From Christensenellales bacterium (GTDB lineage Bacteria; Bacillota; Clostridia; Christensenellales; UBA1431): a stretch of DNA of 64,000 bases. Where the stretch lies: positions 37,424 to 101,423 of the forward strand of contig JAXGQA010000002.1 of the NCBI GenBank assembly GCA_040766645.1, in the 5' to 3' direction. The notes beneath the pieces were generated by a model. It made no database searches. It saw only the letters and a list, made by a program, of their open reading frames with translations, and had not been told where the DNA came from. Position numbers and translations under genes: made by a program. Positions 28,373 through 39,531 of the stretch are shown piece after piece; within the stretch, counting starts at the first letter, position 1; every line of letters starts with the position of its first letter.

Positions 28373-28810
28373 GTGGGCAGCAGACAAGACAACAACAGAA
28401 GGCTTTTACTCCTGCAAAACTGGATCGTCGAAGAGGACGGCGATGCGCGTACCGTCATTGCCGAAATGCTCGAAAGCTTGAAAAATGTCATGCCTCTTTC
28501 GGAAGAGAACGTGTTTAATTTCAGGGTCGTGATGAGCGAACTGGTTAACAACGAATTCAGGCACGGAACAGGCAGGAACGTGCATATATCCATCTCGGCG
28601 TTCTCCAATCGGCAGGTCGAAATGTACGTGTACGGCTCCCCCAAGGGTTTCGATCTGGACGGCGTGCTCAAAAGGAAAGAGCGCAAGGACTCCAAATGGG
28701 ACGAAAGCGGGCGAGGCCTGCTGCTGGCCGAGGCGTTGTGCGAAAGCCTGCGGATAGACTATACCTCCGACGGGAGCGTCATGCGCGCCCGCATGCACAT
28801 GCAGAGCTGA
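28373..28810 (+). CDS. Stand-alone HATPase_c protein, anti-sigma-factor (SpoIIAB/RsbW)-like serine kinase fold
   Basis: 145 aa. N-box-like VVMSELVNNEFRHG and G-box-like DESGRGLLLAEAL. No adjacent STAS/anti-anti-sigma or sigma factor gene. Confidence 0.55.
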   Translation: MGSRQDNNRRLLLLQNWIVEEDGDARTVIAEMLESLKNVMPLSEENVFNFRVVMSELVNNEFRHGTGRNVHISISAFSNRQVEMYVYGSPKGFDLDGVLKRKERKDSKWDESGRGLLLAEALCESLRIDYTSDGSVMRARMHMQS

Positions 28811-28942
28811 GCGGGCGCGAAAATCCTTTTCTTTACGGCGCCTCCTGTGCTATAATAAAAAATATGAAGGAGCCGTGCGGCATAAGATGTATTAACGTGT
28901 CGATACATCCGCCGCTCAAGTCATTTAAGGAGGCAGATTTTC

Positions 28943-29662
28943 ATGGTGGATCTTTCCAAAATGGACAAGAAAGCGTTGGGGAAATGTTTTGACCATTCCG
29001 TGCTGCCCAAGAACACGCAGGAGAAGGACATCCGCGAGGGCTGCCGGGAGGCGGTCGCCTACAACTGCGCCGCGTTCTACAGCGCGTCCATCTACTGGAC
29101 GCCCATCGTTCTGGAGGAGCTGGCGGGCACCGACGTCCTTCCCGCGACCGGCATCGACTTCCCGTTCGGCGCAAACCCCGCCTATCTGAAGGCCGTCGAG
29201 ACCGAGCAGGCGGTCAAGGCCGGCTGCAAGGCGCTGGACATCGTCATCAACGTCGGCGCGCTCAAGGACAGGAAGCACGACGTCGTCCTCGCTGAGCTCA
29301 AGGATTTTGTCACGGCCGCGCAGGGGAACCTGACCAAGTGCATCCTTGAAACCTGCTACCTGACCGACGAGGAGATCGCCACCGGCTGCAAGCTCATTGC
29401 CGAGGCCGGCATCGCATACGCCAAGACGGCGACCGGGCAGTTTGAAGGGCCGACGCTGGAGCAGTTCCTGGTCATGAAGGAGACGCTCAAGGGCACGGAC
29501 GTCAAGCTGAAGGTGGCCGGGGTCAAGTATCCCCGCCCGCAGAACGCCTACGTCTTCCTGATGGCCGGAGCCGACCTCATCGGCACGCGCGCGGCGCCCG
29601 CCATCATCGACGCGCTGGACCAGATGCGTGAGATCGGCATCGTCCCGCCCTACAAGCCGTAA
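28943..29662 (+). CDS. DeoC/class I aldolase family protein (second paralogue)
   Basis: RBS aggagg + 9 nt + ATG. CFDHSVLPKNTQEKDI ... TGIDFPFGANP ... ALDIVINVGALKD ... GIAYAKTATG (Lys) ... GADLIGT. Confidence 0.7.
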   Translation: MVDLSKMDKKALGKCFDHSVLPKNTQEKDIREGCREAVAYNCAAFYSASIYWTPIVLEELAGTDVLPATGIDFPFGANPAYLKAVETEQAVKAGCKALDIVINVGALKDRKHDVVLAELKDFVTAAQGNLTKCILETCYLTDEEIATGCKLIAEAGIAYAKTATGQFEGPTLEQFLVMKETLKGTDVKLKVAGVKYPRPQNAYVFLMAGADLIGTRAAPAIIDALDQMREIGIVPPYKP

Positions 29663-29757
29663 TACGGCGCGCGGGGATTGCCGGAGAACCAGCGAAAGCA
29701 GCCCTCTGCCGCCCCAACGCGGCGGGGGGCTTCAGCGTATGAACGGAGGATGAAAAA

Positions 29758-30528
29758 GTGGTGAGCGAGCGTTTGAAAGGGGACGTGGCCGTGGTGACCG
29801 GGGCCGCGTCCGGGCTGGACAGGGGGATAGCGCTGGAGCTTTCCCGGCACGGCGCGATGGTGGCCTGTCTGGACATCACCGACGCCGAGAACAGAAAAAG
29901 ACCGCGCAGCTGATTCGCGACGCGGGCGGCGAGGCGTTCGCGGTGCACGTCGACACGTCGGATTCGGCTTCGGTGAAGGCGGCCATGCGGGAGGTCTTTA
30001 CGCGCGCCGGGAAGATAACCATACTGGTCAACGGCGCGGGCATCGTTCGCTTCAACCCGATAGAAGAGTGCAGCGACGAGGAATGGGAGGCGGTGCTGCG
30101 CGTCAACCTCACCGGGTATTTTTATGCGCCTGCGGGAGGTTTACCCCTACATGAAGCAGTCGGGCGGCGGACGCATCGTGCAGTTGTCGTCCACCTCGGC
30201 CAAGAGCGGGAGCAACTTCGGCGGCCCGCATTACACGGCGGCCAAGGGCGGCATCATCAGCCTGACCAAGTACGCCGCGCGCAGGTGGTGCCGCGACAAC
30301 ATCCGCGTGAACACCATCTGCCCGGGCATCTCGAACACCCCGATGGCCGTGGAGCCGGACGCGCCGGAGGGGGCGCTTCAGAGCATGCTGAACAACATAC
30401 CCATGGGCCGCCTGTGCGAGCCGGAGGACATCGCCGGGGGCGTGGTCTTTCTGGTGACCGACGAGAGCCGCTACATCACCGGCATCACGCTGGACATCAC
30501 CGGCGGGCGCTACATGTACGGAAACTGA
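29758..30528 (+). pseudogene. SDR family oxidoreductase (FabG-like), two homopolymer frameshifts as assembled
   Basis: GTG at 29758 after ggagga. LKGDVAVVTGAASGLDRGIALEL ... [A-run indel ~29893] ... TAQLIRDAGGEAFAVHVDTSD ... ILVNGAGI ... [T-run indel ~30118] ... MRLREVYPYMKQSGGGRIVQLSSTS ... YTAAKGG ... NTICPG. Confidence 0.8.
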
Positions 30529-30630
30529 CGCAATTTACCGCAAAAAGGCTTTTGCTTAACCGCGAAAGCCTTTTTTCACGCGCGCCGATGCTGTATAATG
30601 TTGGTTACACATAACCAGCGGAGGAGAAGG

Positions 30631-32286
30631 ATGAACGAAGAAACCGTATTGGTGGAGTACGACGGCAAGCGGAACGAGGTCAAAATAGGGACCACGCTCC
30701 AGTCGCTGGCCGGGCAGGCCAAACCGTCCAAGCGGGGGCCGTATGTGGCCGCCCAGGTGAACGGCGTGCTGGCCGAGCTGACCAATAAGATTTACAAGCC
30801 CTGCACCGTGCAGTTCATTGATTCCATGGACAAGGAAGGGAACCTCATGGTCCTGCGCGGGCTGTGCTTTGTGCTGGTCCGGGCCGCCCGAGAGCTTTTC
30901 ACCGGTGCCCGGGTCACCATCGAGCATTCGCTGGGCGGGGGGCTGTACGCGGAGATCCATACCAAGATGAGCAGCCATGACGTGGAGGCGCTGGAAAAGC
31001 GCATGCGCGAGATCGCAGAGGAGGATTCGCCGTTCGTGCGGCATACCGTTTCCACCGAGGAGGCCATGGCGCTGTTTGAGAAGGACGGCCAGCCCGACAA
31101 GGTCCGCCTGCTTGCCTACCGGCCGTTCGACTTCTTCCGGCTGTATGAAAACGGGGGCATACAGGACTATTTTTACGGGCTGATGGTCCCGTCCACCGGC
31201 TATCTCAAGGAGTTCAGGCTGTTCAGCCACTATCCCGGCGTGGTCCTTTGCTACCCGCGCCCCGACCGGGGGCAGGTGCCCGAAGAACTGAAAAAGGAGC
31301 CGAAGCTCTCCGCCGTATACCGCGAGGCCAAGCACTGGGCCAGCATACTCAATTGCGAGAACGTGTGCGACCTCAACGATCTGGTCAAAACGGGGGAGAT
31401 CGGGGACTTCATCCGCGTGAACGAGGCGCTGCACGAGAAAAAGATTATCGAGGCGGCAGAGGAGATAACCAGGGAGGGGAAGGAAAAGCGGCTGATTCTC
31501 ATTGCCGGCCCGTCCTCCTCCGGCAAGACCACCTTTGCGCAGCGGCTGTCCATCCATTTGCGGGTGCTGGGCAAGCGCCCCGTGTCCATTTCGGTGGACA
31601 ACTACTACCGGAGCCGGGAGGAGATTCCGCGCGACGCCTTCGGCATGCCCGACCTCGAGCATATCGACGCCATAGACGTGTCTCTTTTCAACGAACAGAT
31701 ATTTGCGCTTTTCCAGGGCGCGGAGGTGGAGCTTCCGCGGTTCGATTTCCAGCTCGGGCGCCGGGTACCCGGCCCGAAGCTCCAGATAAGCAGCCAGCAG
31801 CCCATCATCGTGGAGGGGATACACGGACTCAACCCCGCGCTGACCCCCATCATACCCGATGACATCAAGTACAGGATCTACGTAAGCGCGCTGACCCAAC
31901 TGAACCTCGACGACCACAACCGCATTCCTGGGACCGACTGCAGGCTCCTGCGGCGGCTGGTGCGCGACCAGAAGTTCAGGAACTCGAGCGCCGAGCGGAC
32001 GCTGGGGATGTGGGATTCGGTGCGCAGGGGGGAGGAACGGTTCATTTTCCCGTTCCAGGAAGAGGCGGACATGATTTTCAACTCCACGCTGGTGTATGAG
32101 ATCGCCGTGCTGAAAAAGTACGCGGTGCCCATCATCGAGGAGGTACAGGAACAGAGCGAGCACTTCAGCGAGGCCTCGCGCCTTCGGAAGTTTTTGAATT
32201 ACTTCACCGCGCTGGAGGACGAATCCGACATACCAACCACGTCCATACTGCGCGAATTTATCGGAGAAAGCTGCTTTTACAGGTAG
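30631..32286 (+). CDS. Nucleoside/uridine kinase family protein with N-terminal TGS-like and ThrRS/AlaRS second-additional-domain-like region
   Basis: RBS ggaggag, then ATG at 30631. P-loop ILIAGPSSSGKTTFAQRL, SVDNYY, EGIHGLNP, and a C-terminal PRK-type fold. Confidence 0.65.
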   Translation: MNEETVLVEYDGKRNEVKIGTTLQSLAGQAKPSKRGPYVAAQVNGVLAELTNKIYKPCTVQFIDSMDKEGNLMVLRGLCFVLVRAARELFTGARVTIEHSLGGGLYAEIHTKMSSHDVEALEKRMREIAEEDSPFVRHTVSTEEAMALFEKDGQPDKVRLLAYRPFDFFRLYENGGIQDYFYGLMVPSTGYLKEFRLFSHYPGVVLCYPRPDRGQVPEELKKEPKLSAVYREAKHWASILNCENVCDLNDLVKTGEIGDFIRVNEALHEKKIIEAAEEITREGKEKRLILIAGPSSSGKTTFAQRLSIHLRVLGKRPVSISVDNYYRSREEIPRDAFGMPDLEHIDAIDVSLFNEQIFALFQGAEVELPRFDFQLGRRVPGPKLQISSQQPIIVEGIHGLNPALTPIIPDDIKYRIYVSALTQLNLDDHNRIPGTDCRLLRRLVRDQKFRNSSAERTLGMWDSVRRGEERFIFPFQEEADMIFNSTLVYEIAVLKKYAVPIIEEVQEQSEHFSEASRLRKFLNYFTALEDESDIPTTSILREFIGESCFYR

Positions 32287-32307
32287 GCGGCAAGGAGGAA
32301 AAGACGG

Positions 32308-33120
32308 ATGGTAAGCCCCATAGCGTTCTCATTGGGCGGCATCAACGTACACTGGTACGGCATCATCATCGCGGCGGCCATACTCATTGGCGTGTGGCTG
32401 GCCATGCGCGAAACGAAGCGGCGGGGCATGGACCCGGACATGATCATCGACCTTTGCCTGCTGGCCGTCCCGCTGGCCGTCATCGGCGCGCGACTCTATT
32501 ACGTCATCTTTTTTGTCCCCCAGCCGGGGCAGATAAACCCGTTTGCCGCCGACCCCCTGAGCATCCTCTACATATGGGACGGCGGGCTGGCCATCTACGG
32601 CGCCGTCATCGGCGGGCTTATCGCGGTGCTCATATTCTGCAGATGGCGAAAGCTCAGGACCGGCACGTTTGTGGACTTTCTGGACATACTCGCCCCCAGC
32701 CTGATACTGGGGCAGGCGATGGGACGGTGGGGGAACTTTTTCAATCAGGAGGCCTACGGCTATATGGTCACCGACCCGGCCATGCAATGGTTTCCGTTCG
32801 CCGTTTTCATACAGCGTGAAAACGCCTGGCACCTCGCCACCTTCTTTTACGAGTCGCTGTGGTGCTTTGTGGTGTTCGGATTTTTGCTATGGTATCAAAA
32901 GCGTCAGAGGACGCGGGGCAACGTCATACTGTGGTATTTTTTCCTGTACGGTATCGAGCGCGCCTTTGTGGAAGGCCTGCGCACCGACAGCCTGTGGCTG
33001 ATACCCGACGCTGTGCGCGTGTCGCAGGCGCTGAGCCTGGTGCTCGCGCTGGCGGCAGGCGCGCTGCTGTGGTATAACAACCGCAGGAAAAAGCCGCTGG
33101 AGCAAGCCCCGCCGGAGTGA
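32308..33120 (+). CDS. lgt: Prolipoprotein diacylglyceryl transferase
   Basis: INVHWYGIIIAAAILIG ... YIWDGGLAIYGAVIGG ... LGQAMGRWGNFFNQEAYG ... ESLWCF. Confidence 0.92.
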   Translation: MVSPIAFSLGGINVHWYGIIIAAAILIGVWLAMRETKRRGMDPDMIIDLCLLAVPLAVIGARLYYVIFFVPQPGQINPFAADPLSILYIWDGGLAIYGAVIGGLIAVLIFCRWRKLRTGTFVDFLDILAPSLILGQAMGRWGNFFNQEAYGYMVTDPAMQWFPFAVFIQRENAWHLATFFYESLWCFVVFGFLLWYQKRQRTRGNVILWYFFLYGIERAFVEGLRTDSLWLIPDAVRVSQALSLVLALAAGALLWYNNRRKKPLEQAPPE

Positions 33121-33288
33121 GAGGGGGAACCACGGCCACATCTTGGGGCAGCCGCAAACGGATGATTGGCGCATGCCGGCGAGCGGCTTGGCCCGGGAGA
33201 ACAAATGGATTCGCCTGTTTGGCTGGATAATTGCGAAATACCCCATTATAATGAACATATTGTGAAAAATATCAATGGGGGTGTTTTG

Positions 33289-34830
33289 ATGGGTATTGGC
33301 GGAACAACAGAGATCGCGATAGCAATGGTGCTGTACATCACGATGATGGTCGTGATCGGCGTCCTGTACTACAAGCGCAACAAGGGCGCTGACGACTATT
33401 TTCTGGGCGGACGGTCTCTGGGACCGTGGGTCTGCGCGATGAGCGCGGAAGCATCGGACATGTCCAGCTGGCTGCTGATGGGACTGCCCGGCGTAGCCTA
33501 CGCCATTGGCATGGGCGAGGCCTTCTGGACGGCGGTGGGCCTCGCGCTGGGCACATATCTCAACTGGCTCCTCGTGGCCAGGCGCCTGCGCAGCTATACC
33601 AGGGTAGCGGGCGATTCCATCACGCTGCCGGACTTTTTTTCCAACCGTTTTCATGACAAATATAAGATCCTTATGATATTCTCCGGACTTGTCATCGTCA
33701 TATTCTTTACAATCTATACGGCTACCGGCTTTATTGCTTGCGGCACACTGTTCCAGAGCATCTTCGGGCTGGACAGTTCGGCCTATCCGTGGCTGGTCAT
33801 CGGCAGTGCGGCGGTCATCGTGATCTACACGGGGCTGGGCGGGTTTCTGGCCGAGAGCGTGACCGACCTCATCCAGGGTACGCTGATGTTCATCGCCCTG
33901 GTGACCGTGCTGGTGGTGGGCGTCATCGCCGTGGGAGGCATCGCGCAGGTCGGCGCGAACGTGAGCGGGATGGAAAACTTCCTGAGCGTCGCGGGCGTGC
34001 AGGACCTGACAAACGGCGGCTTCAAGGCGTACTCGGTGCTGGATATCGTATCCAACCTCTCCTGGGGGCTGGGATACTTTGGCATGCCGCACGTGCTGCT
34101 GCGCTTCATGGCTATCCGGAGCAGCCGCGAGCTGAACCGGTCTAGGCGCATCGCGATGATATGGGTGGTGATATCCCTGTTCGCCGCCGTGGCCATCGGC
34201 ATCGTGGGCCGCGCGCTGCTGGGCGGCGCCATACTGCCTACCGAGACGCAGGCCACGCTGCACGAAACGGTCTTTATCCAGATGGTGGTCAAGCTCATGC
34301 CCGCGTTTATTGCAGGCATCATGCTCTCCGGAATACTGGCCGCAACCATGAGTACGTCGGACTCCCAGCTCCTGGTGACATCCTCGGCCGTGGCCAACAA
34401 CTTCTACAAGAATTTTGTCCGTAAAAAGGCGTCCTCCAGGGAGATCATGTGGGTGGGACGCGGGGTGGTCGTGCTGGTCGCCATCATAGCCGCCATTATG
34501 GCCATGGACACCTCCAGCACTATCTTCGGGCTGGTCAAATACGCATGGGGCGGATTCGGCGCGGCCTTTGGTCCGGTGATCCTGTTCTCGCTGTTCTGGA
34601 AGCGGATGAACATGCCGGGGGCGCTGGCCGGCATGATCGTCGGCGGCGGGACCGTCATCTTCTGGAAGGAAGTGCTTTCCCCGATGGGCGGCATCTTCAG
34701 CGTGTACGAGCTGCTCCCGGCGTTCATACTGGCCTCGCTGGCTATCGTCACGGTCAGCCTGATAACCAGGGCGCCGTCTGAGGAGGTCCGGCAGGAATTC
34801 GAGCAGGCCAAGCGCTACGCGCTGGACTGA
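33289..34830 (+). CDS. putP: Sodium:proline symporter (SSF family)
   Basis: YFLGGRSLGPWVCAMSAEASDMSSWLLMGLPGVAY ... 13-TM layout ... GFGAAFGPVILFSLFWKRMN. Confidence 0.85.
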   Translation: MGIGGTTEIAIAMVLYITMMVVIGVLYYKRNKGADDYFLGGRSLGPWVCAMSAEASDMSSWLLMGLPGVAYAIGMGEAFWTAVGLALGTYLNWLLVARRLRSYTRVAGDSITLPDFFSNRFHDKYKILMIFSGLVIVIFFTIYTATGFIACGTLFQSIFGLDSSAYPWLVIGSAAVIVIYTGLGGFLAESVTDLIQGTLMFIALVTVLVVGVIAVGGIAQVGANVSGMENFLSVAGVQDLTNGGFKAYSVLDIVSNLSWGLGYFGMPHVLLRFMAIRSSRELNRSRRIAMIWVVISLFAAVAIGIVGRALLGGAILPTETQATLHETVFIQMVVKLMPAFIAGIMLSGILAATMSTSDSQLLVTSSAVANNFYKNFVRKKASSREIMWVGRGVVVLVAIIAAIMAMDTSSTIFGLVKYAWGGFGAAFGPVILFSLFWKRMNMPGALAGMIVGGGTVIFWKEVLSPMGGIFSVYELLPAFILASLAIVTVSLITRAPSEEVRQEFEQAKRYALD

Positions 34831-34842
34831 TTAAAGGACAAT

Positions 34843-34873
34843 AAAAAAAGACCGCGTACGCGGTCTTTTTTTA
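34843..34873. terminator. Bidirectional terminator between putP and groEL
   Basis: aaaaaaagaccgcg-ta-cgcggtcttttttt. Confidence 0.85.
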
Positions 34874-34882
34874 TGTCAGTTT

Positions 34883-36544
<1,662 letters not shown>

Positions 36545-36832
36545 TTATTCTTCGATGATTGCGAGGATGTCGCTCTGGCTGAGCACAATGTATTCGTTCT
36601 CCTCGAACTTGACTTCCGTGCCCGCGTACTTGCGGTACAGCACCACGTCGCCGGGTTTGACGTGCATGGTGATCTCCTTGCCGTCCACGTTCCCGCCGGG
36701 GCCCACGGCGATGACTTCAGCGGTCTGCGGCTTTTCCTTGGCAGTGCCGGGCAGCACGATGCCGCTTTGGGTCACTTCTTCTGCAGGCTTGTTCACGATG
36801 ACGACTTTGTCGCCCAAAGGGATGATTTTCAT
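36545..36832 (-). CDS. groS: Co-chaperonin GroES
   Basis: MKIIPLGDKVVIVNKPAEEVTQSGIVLPGTAKEKPQTAEVIAVGPG. Confidence 0.97.
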   Translation of the reverse strand: MKIIPLGDKVVIVNKPAEEVTQSGIVLPGTAKEKPQTAEVIAVGPGGNVDGKEITMHVKPGDVVLYRKYAGTEVKFEENEYIVLSQSDILAIIEE

Positions 36833-36897
36833 GGGTCGGTTTCCTCCTTTTGCTCCTTATCATTATGTTTTGGAAATATTGTTACCCGGAATGCTTG

Positions 36898-36924
36898 TTA
36901 GCACTCTACGCTAATGAGTGCTAA
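36898..36924 (-). promoter_or_regulatory. CIRCE operator (HrcA binding site) upstream of groES
   Basis: Perfect consensus TTAGCACTC-N9-GAGTGCTAA. Confidence 0.95.
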
Positions 36925-37158
36925 TCTCAAGACATAGTTTATGCAAAAACGGGTGGCGAGGCAAACGGGTGAATCGACGAAAAACGGACTGCTATAACGG
37001 AAATAGATGCGATATAATCAATTAACTTACAAATGCGGCAAATTGCACGCAAATACAAAGAAAAACGCAAATAATGCCCAAACGGGAAGGAAAAAGGGAA
37101 AAGATGTGGAATGAGTTGGGAAACCCGGGATAAATGTAATGCAAGGAGAAAGCCAGGT

Positions 37159-37623
37159 ATGAACAAATGGGACAAGCGCATGATGGAGCTTACGCGCTAC
37201 ATCGCACAATGGTCCAGCTGCTATCAGCATAACCGCCACGTCGGCGCGGTCATAGTGCGGGACAAGCGCATCCTGACCACAGGCTACAACGGCGCGCCGG
37301 AGGGCGTTAAAAGCTGCGCGGAAAAGGGCGAGTGCCTCCGCCGCACCCTGGACATTCCATCCGGCACGCGGCACGAGCTGTGCTACGCCATCCACGCCGA
37401 ACAGAACGCCATAATACAGGCGGCCCGCATGGGCATATCCATACAAGGCGCGACGCTTTATTGCACGCACCAGCCCTGCGTCATCTGTACCAAGATGATC
37501 GTCAACGCCGGCATCGCCCGCATCGTATACGACGAGCCGTATCCGGACGATTTTTCGCTGCGTATACTGAAGGAAGCGGGCGTTATATCCGAGCGGTACG
37601 CAGACCTCGGCCCGGAGGAGTAA
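37159..37623 (+). CDS. comEB: dCMP deaminase (ComEB/cytidine-deoxycytidylate deaminase family)
   Basis: RBS aaggag, then ATG at 37159. [18 protein letters not shown] ... [11 protein letters not shown] ... [20 protein letters not shown] (HAE and PCxxC zinc motifs). Confidence 0.85.
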   Translation: MNKWDKRMMELTRYIAQWSSCYQHNRHVGAVIVRDKRILTTGYNGAPEGVKSCAEKGECLRRTLDIPSGTRHELCYAIHAEQNAIIQAARMGISIQGATLYCTHQPCVICTKMIVNAGIARIVYDEPYPDDFSLRILKEAGVISERYADLGPEE

Positions 37624-37725
37624 ATCCCTGTCAGCGCCGGCGCAACCGAATAAATGTATGCATTCCCGCCTCATATTTGTCGGGTTGTCCACATAGAGAT
37701 GAAGTAACAAACTTCAATCGGAGGG

Positions 37726-38627
37726 ATGATGATGCGGCGGGGCAGGAGAAGGCGCAGGCCGTCCGCGAGAAGAAAACACGGCGGGCGCGGTGCTGGTTGC
37801 GATGGTCATCCGGGTTGGCCTGGCGTTCCGCTCGGCGGGCGTGGCCGGGAAATGGATGCAGGACAACGTCATTGCGCCTATTTTCGAGGCGTTTTTGGGG
37901 GAGGGACGACGGCGTCGCCCACAGGCCGACCGCGGCGAACAGACCGGCGCAGCAGGTGGCGTGGAAGAGCTTTACGCTCCACTGCGTGCAGATGGGCGTT
38001 TTTTTCCAGCGAGGACAACGCCCGAGCTGGTTTGCTCGGCTGAAAGGCAGGGCGCGGCGGGATACCGGATGACCGCCAGCGGGAACGTGCGCGTACTGGT
38101 CTCGGCCTACCCCGATAAGCAGGATGCCCCGGATACGTGCGCGACCGGCTCATCGACGAGGGCATGGGACTGCACCGTGTATACGTTCACCTGCCTGGCG
38201 CTCGAGATAACGGTCACGGCCGACAAGACGCGCATCCCCGAGATACGCTCCTCGGCATCGACCGCTACCAGACCGCGATGGAGCGTTGCGGAGAGCTGGC
38301 TGTCGCGGTGGATGACGGCTCAATGTCGCAGACGTGGCGGTGCTGGAGGCGCGAACGCTGGCCCGGCGGATGGAGGCCGACGCCCAGAGCATTGATAGAG
38401 CGGCTGCGGCCAGCAACGAAGTCGTCCGGCTGATGCTCGAACTGTGCACACAGGCGGAGCGCTGGACGTGGTGGCCGAGGGGACGAATTTGAGCGCTGCC
38501 GGCGCGGCTGCGGTACGCGAGCCTCGCGCTGGCTGACGGGGCAGTCGGGTTCGTCCGGGACGCGCAGGTCTACTATCAGGCCAATGACGGTGTTGGGACA
38601 ACAGATAGACAATATGATATAATATAG
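37726..38627 (+). pseudogene. Fragmented ORF, possible SPOR-domain membrane protein; at least 5 frame switches as assembled
   Basis: RBS ggaggg + ATGATGATG at 37726. Arg-rich N-terminus. TM-like LVAMVIRVGLAF in a second frame. VQMGVF / FSSEDNARAG / GYRMTASGNVRVLVSAYPDKQDA / DRLIDEGMD..TVYTF are spread over three frames (SPOR-like beta-alpha-beta pattern). The reconstruction is tentative. Confidence 0.35.
38615..38623 (+). promoter_or_regulatory. Extended -10 element (TGaTATAAT), candidate promoter of the hydrogenase-linked regulatory cluster
   Basis: tgatataat lies ~100 nt upstream of the 38723 start. Weak -35 TTGGGA at 38593. Followed by a perfect 8-bp hairpin TATAGCCG-aacggga-CGGCTATA (38623-38645). 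Confidence 0.4.
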
Positions 38628-38722
38628 CCGAACGGGACGGCTATAGGGGAACCGGCGGAAACGGCTGAGGCTGTTCGTATGGTTTATGCTGCCGACCCTC
38701 TGATGATGAAGGGAGACAGACT

Positions 38723-39067
38723 ATGAAGGTGCGGGACATTGCCAGATCGTATCCGCGAGCATTCTCGTCGGGGAGGACAAGCTGGACTCGGGAGGCTCGC
38801 GGCCTGCGGGTCCGACCTCATGAGCACGTTGCCTATGTGAACGGAAAGGGACCTGTCCTTCTGACAGGGCTTGCGAACATCCTGTACGTATCCGACGGCC
38901 GAGGTGGCATAGATCTGCGGTGCATCCTGTTCGTGCGCGGGTCTGCAAAACGTTCTGACCTTGCCGAAGAACGTGGCATGGTGGTGATGCAGACCACGGA
39001 ATATCGATATACGAGGCCAGCGGGCTCCTGTTTGCCAACGCCCTGCCGCCCATCACTTTGAGTTGAA
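38723..39067 (+). pseudogene. DRTGG-domain protein (first copy), frameshifted as assembled
   Basis: MKVRDIA, then best reading across frames: ILVGEDKLD ... ACGSDLMS ... YVNGKGPVLLTGLAN ... CILFVRG ... AEERGMVVMQT ... YEASGLLFANALPPITLS. Same family pattern as the intact copy at 40867. Confidence 0.55.
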
Positions 39068-39079
39068 CGGAGCAAAAAG

Positions 39080-39501
39080 GTGACTGAATCCGCAGTCCTG
39101 TACAAGGAATATGCTATCGAACAGGGGAATTTTATCAAGGCGGGCGAGGCCTCCAGCGCTATAAAGCAGGATACCCGGCACCTCGGCGTCGACTCGGGCG
39201 TGATGCGCAGGGTGTCCATCGCGGCGTATGAGGCGGAGCCGGAACACATATCCACAGCTACGGCGGGACGCTCAGGGCGACCATATCCCCGAGGGACATA
39301 CTCGCTGCGTTTGAAGACACCGGCCCTGGGATAGAGGACGTGGAGCCGGGCCATGCAGGACGGCTACTCGACGGCCAGCGAAGAGGTGAAATATGGGCTG
39401 GGGGCTGGCTGGGGATGAGCAACATCAAGCGCTGCAGCGACGAGATGGATATACAGTCCTCGCCGGCCGGCACCATACTCACGCTCACCTTCGCGGTCTG
39501 A
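39080..39501 (+). pseudogene. Anti-sigma-factor-like serine kinase / HATPase_c protein, frameshifted as assembled
   Basis: YAIEQGNFIKAGEASSAIKQDTRHLGVDSGVMRRVSIAAYEAE ... GGTLRATISPRDILAAFEDTGPGIEDVE ... AMQDGYSTASEEVK ... GMSNIKRCSDEMDIQSSPAGTILTLTF, read across three frames. Confidence 0.7.
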
Positions 39502-39531
39502 ACCCAACGCGGCACTGAAAGGTGAAACGGA

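Noticed and set aside
29662-29757. GC-rich inverted repeat (gccctctgccgcc ... ggcggggggc) between the second deoC-like gene and the SDR gene, as a terminator.
   Set aside because: The stem is imperfect and is not followed by a T-run. It cannot be distinguished from chance GC-rich pairing.
36925-37110. Sigma-A promoter for groES immediately upstream of CIRCE, and a possible small RNA in the AT-richer 180-nt spacer before comEB.
   Set aside because: Only weak -35/-10 candidates (TTGCAT ... ) could be aligned by eye, with unconvincing spacing. No hairpin or terminator defines an sRNA. Left unannotated rather than guessed.
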